Below are positions 62,703 through 64,000 of a stretch of DNA of 64,000 nt, one piece after another (position 1 is the first letter of the stretch; each line of letters begins with the position of its first letter). Made by a program: the position numbers and the translations under genes. Source of the DNA: Fistulifera solaris. Lineage: Eukaryota. The notes below the pieces were generated by a model that did no database searches, was not told the DNA's origin, and saw only the letters and a program-made list of their open reading frames with translations. The stretch spans positions 744,001 through 808,000 of the forward strand of contig AP026148.1 in assembly GCA_030295235.1 (NCBI GenBank), written 5' to 3'.

Positions 62703-64000
62703 ATGAAAAAATTCTATTATCATTCAACTCTTCCCTCTTTACTATTTCTGCTATGCCTTTCATCACAAACAATATGCCTATCTGCCGAGTTCATGCGCGT
62801 GAATAATCTGGAAATGAGCACGACAGCTTCGTCTGCTCCGGTTGTAATTCCGAATCAATACATTGTGTTTTATACACTAGATGCTGACCGAGCTGCCACG
62901 AATGAACGACTCTTCTTTTCTTCCAACTCTTCCATTGCAACGTCAGATTCTTTTTCGGTCGTACACGAAATGGATAGAGCCATTGCGGTGACGGGAATTT
63001 CCGATGCACAAAGCAAAGAATTAGCGCAAGATCCATTTGTCGCCAAAGTGATTCCGGTAAGAGCTAAAAGTTGGCTGGATTTGTGTAAGTTCACCTCTCA
63101 TTATACGTATTATAGGATTATGAAGTGACTATAGAGGCTGTACAAGCCAGCCCTTACAGCTGGGGCTTGGATCGAATCGATCAATCCAATTTGCCCCTCG
63201 ATGACACGTACGAATACACGTACACGGGTACAGGGGTTCGTGCTTATATTTTCGATTCGGGTATCCGAAAGACACACGAGGATTTTGGGGGACGAGCGAC
63301 GTGTGGTATCAATTTAATAGCGACAGAAACATGCACCGATATGAATTTTCATGGTACTCACGTGGCTGGGACGGTGGGTGGGATGATTTCCGGAGTCGCC
63401 AAAGGTGTACAGTTAGTTGATGTAAAAGTGCTAGATAAAAATGGAAGAGGAACTTTCTCCGGAGTAATGACCGGATTGGAATACGTATTGGCGCAAAAGC
63501 AGAACAATCCGACCATCCCCATGGTCATCAACATGTCGCTAGGAGGAAAAATTATTATACCAGAGGTTGAAGACGCCATCGATGACGCCGTAGCCGCCGG
63601 GATCGTCGTGGTTGTTGCTGCCGGTAACTCAGCCGTGGATGCTTGCGAGCAAACGCCGGCCTATATACAAAGTGCTATAACCGTCGGGGCGAGTAATATG
63701 GATGACACACGAGCCGACTTTTCCAATTTTGGCGATTGCGTTGATATCTATGCACCAGGTGTCGACATTGTATCTGCGTATCATACAGGAGATGACGAGT
63801 ATGCTTATGCGGCTGGAACCAGTATGGCGGCACCACACATTGCTGGTGTGGCAGCTCTTTATTTGGAGGCTAACCCAACATGGACCCCAGCTCAAGTATG
63901 GAATGCCATGCGAGACGATGCGGTCGAAGCAATCCAGCGCACCTACGACCCAGTAGAAAATTACTTTCGAATGCGAAGAACGACACGGCTGCTCACACAA
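62703..64000 (+). CDS. Secreted subtilisin, copy 2 (runs off window end); intron 63057-63115
   Basis: Same propeptide and intron position as copy 1; IFDSG / HGTHVAG / [11 protein letters not shown]. Confidence 0.92.

Overview
Eukaryotic nuclear DNA, almost certainly from a pennate diatom. Evidence: short GT-AG introns, bipartite signal-peptide + 'AF' plastid-targeting leaders, a nuclear-encoded plastid sigma factor, guanylate-cyclase/phosphodiesterase fusions, and a signal-peptide-bearing 20S proteasome subunit. About 28 protein genes are supported. Many carry single-base frameshifts, often at homopolymers, that look like long-read assembly errors. Housekeeping genes include thioredoxin, COX5B-like, condensin II G2, an RNB protein, a sigma factor, an ABCG transporter and Mpv17. 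They are interleaved with three tandem-duplicated clusters: (1) three membrane cyclase-PDE fusion genes, two of them homogenised in patches; (2) an alternating folate-receptor-like / M43 metalloprotease cassette; (3) an alternating 10-Cys secreted peptide / subtilisin cassette. The most notable signal is a recognisable TPP (thiamine pyrophosphate) riboswitch aptamer just downstream of the stop codon of both folate-receptor-like genes, which suggests a thiamine-related surface binding/uptake system. Other observations: two plastid-targeted SMR (EmrE/QacE-type) transporters, a catalytically dead Hint protein, a pseudo-trypsin with a GKGS repeat tail, and recurring intergenic motifs.
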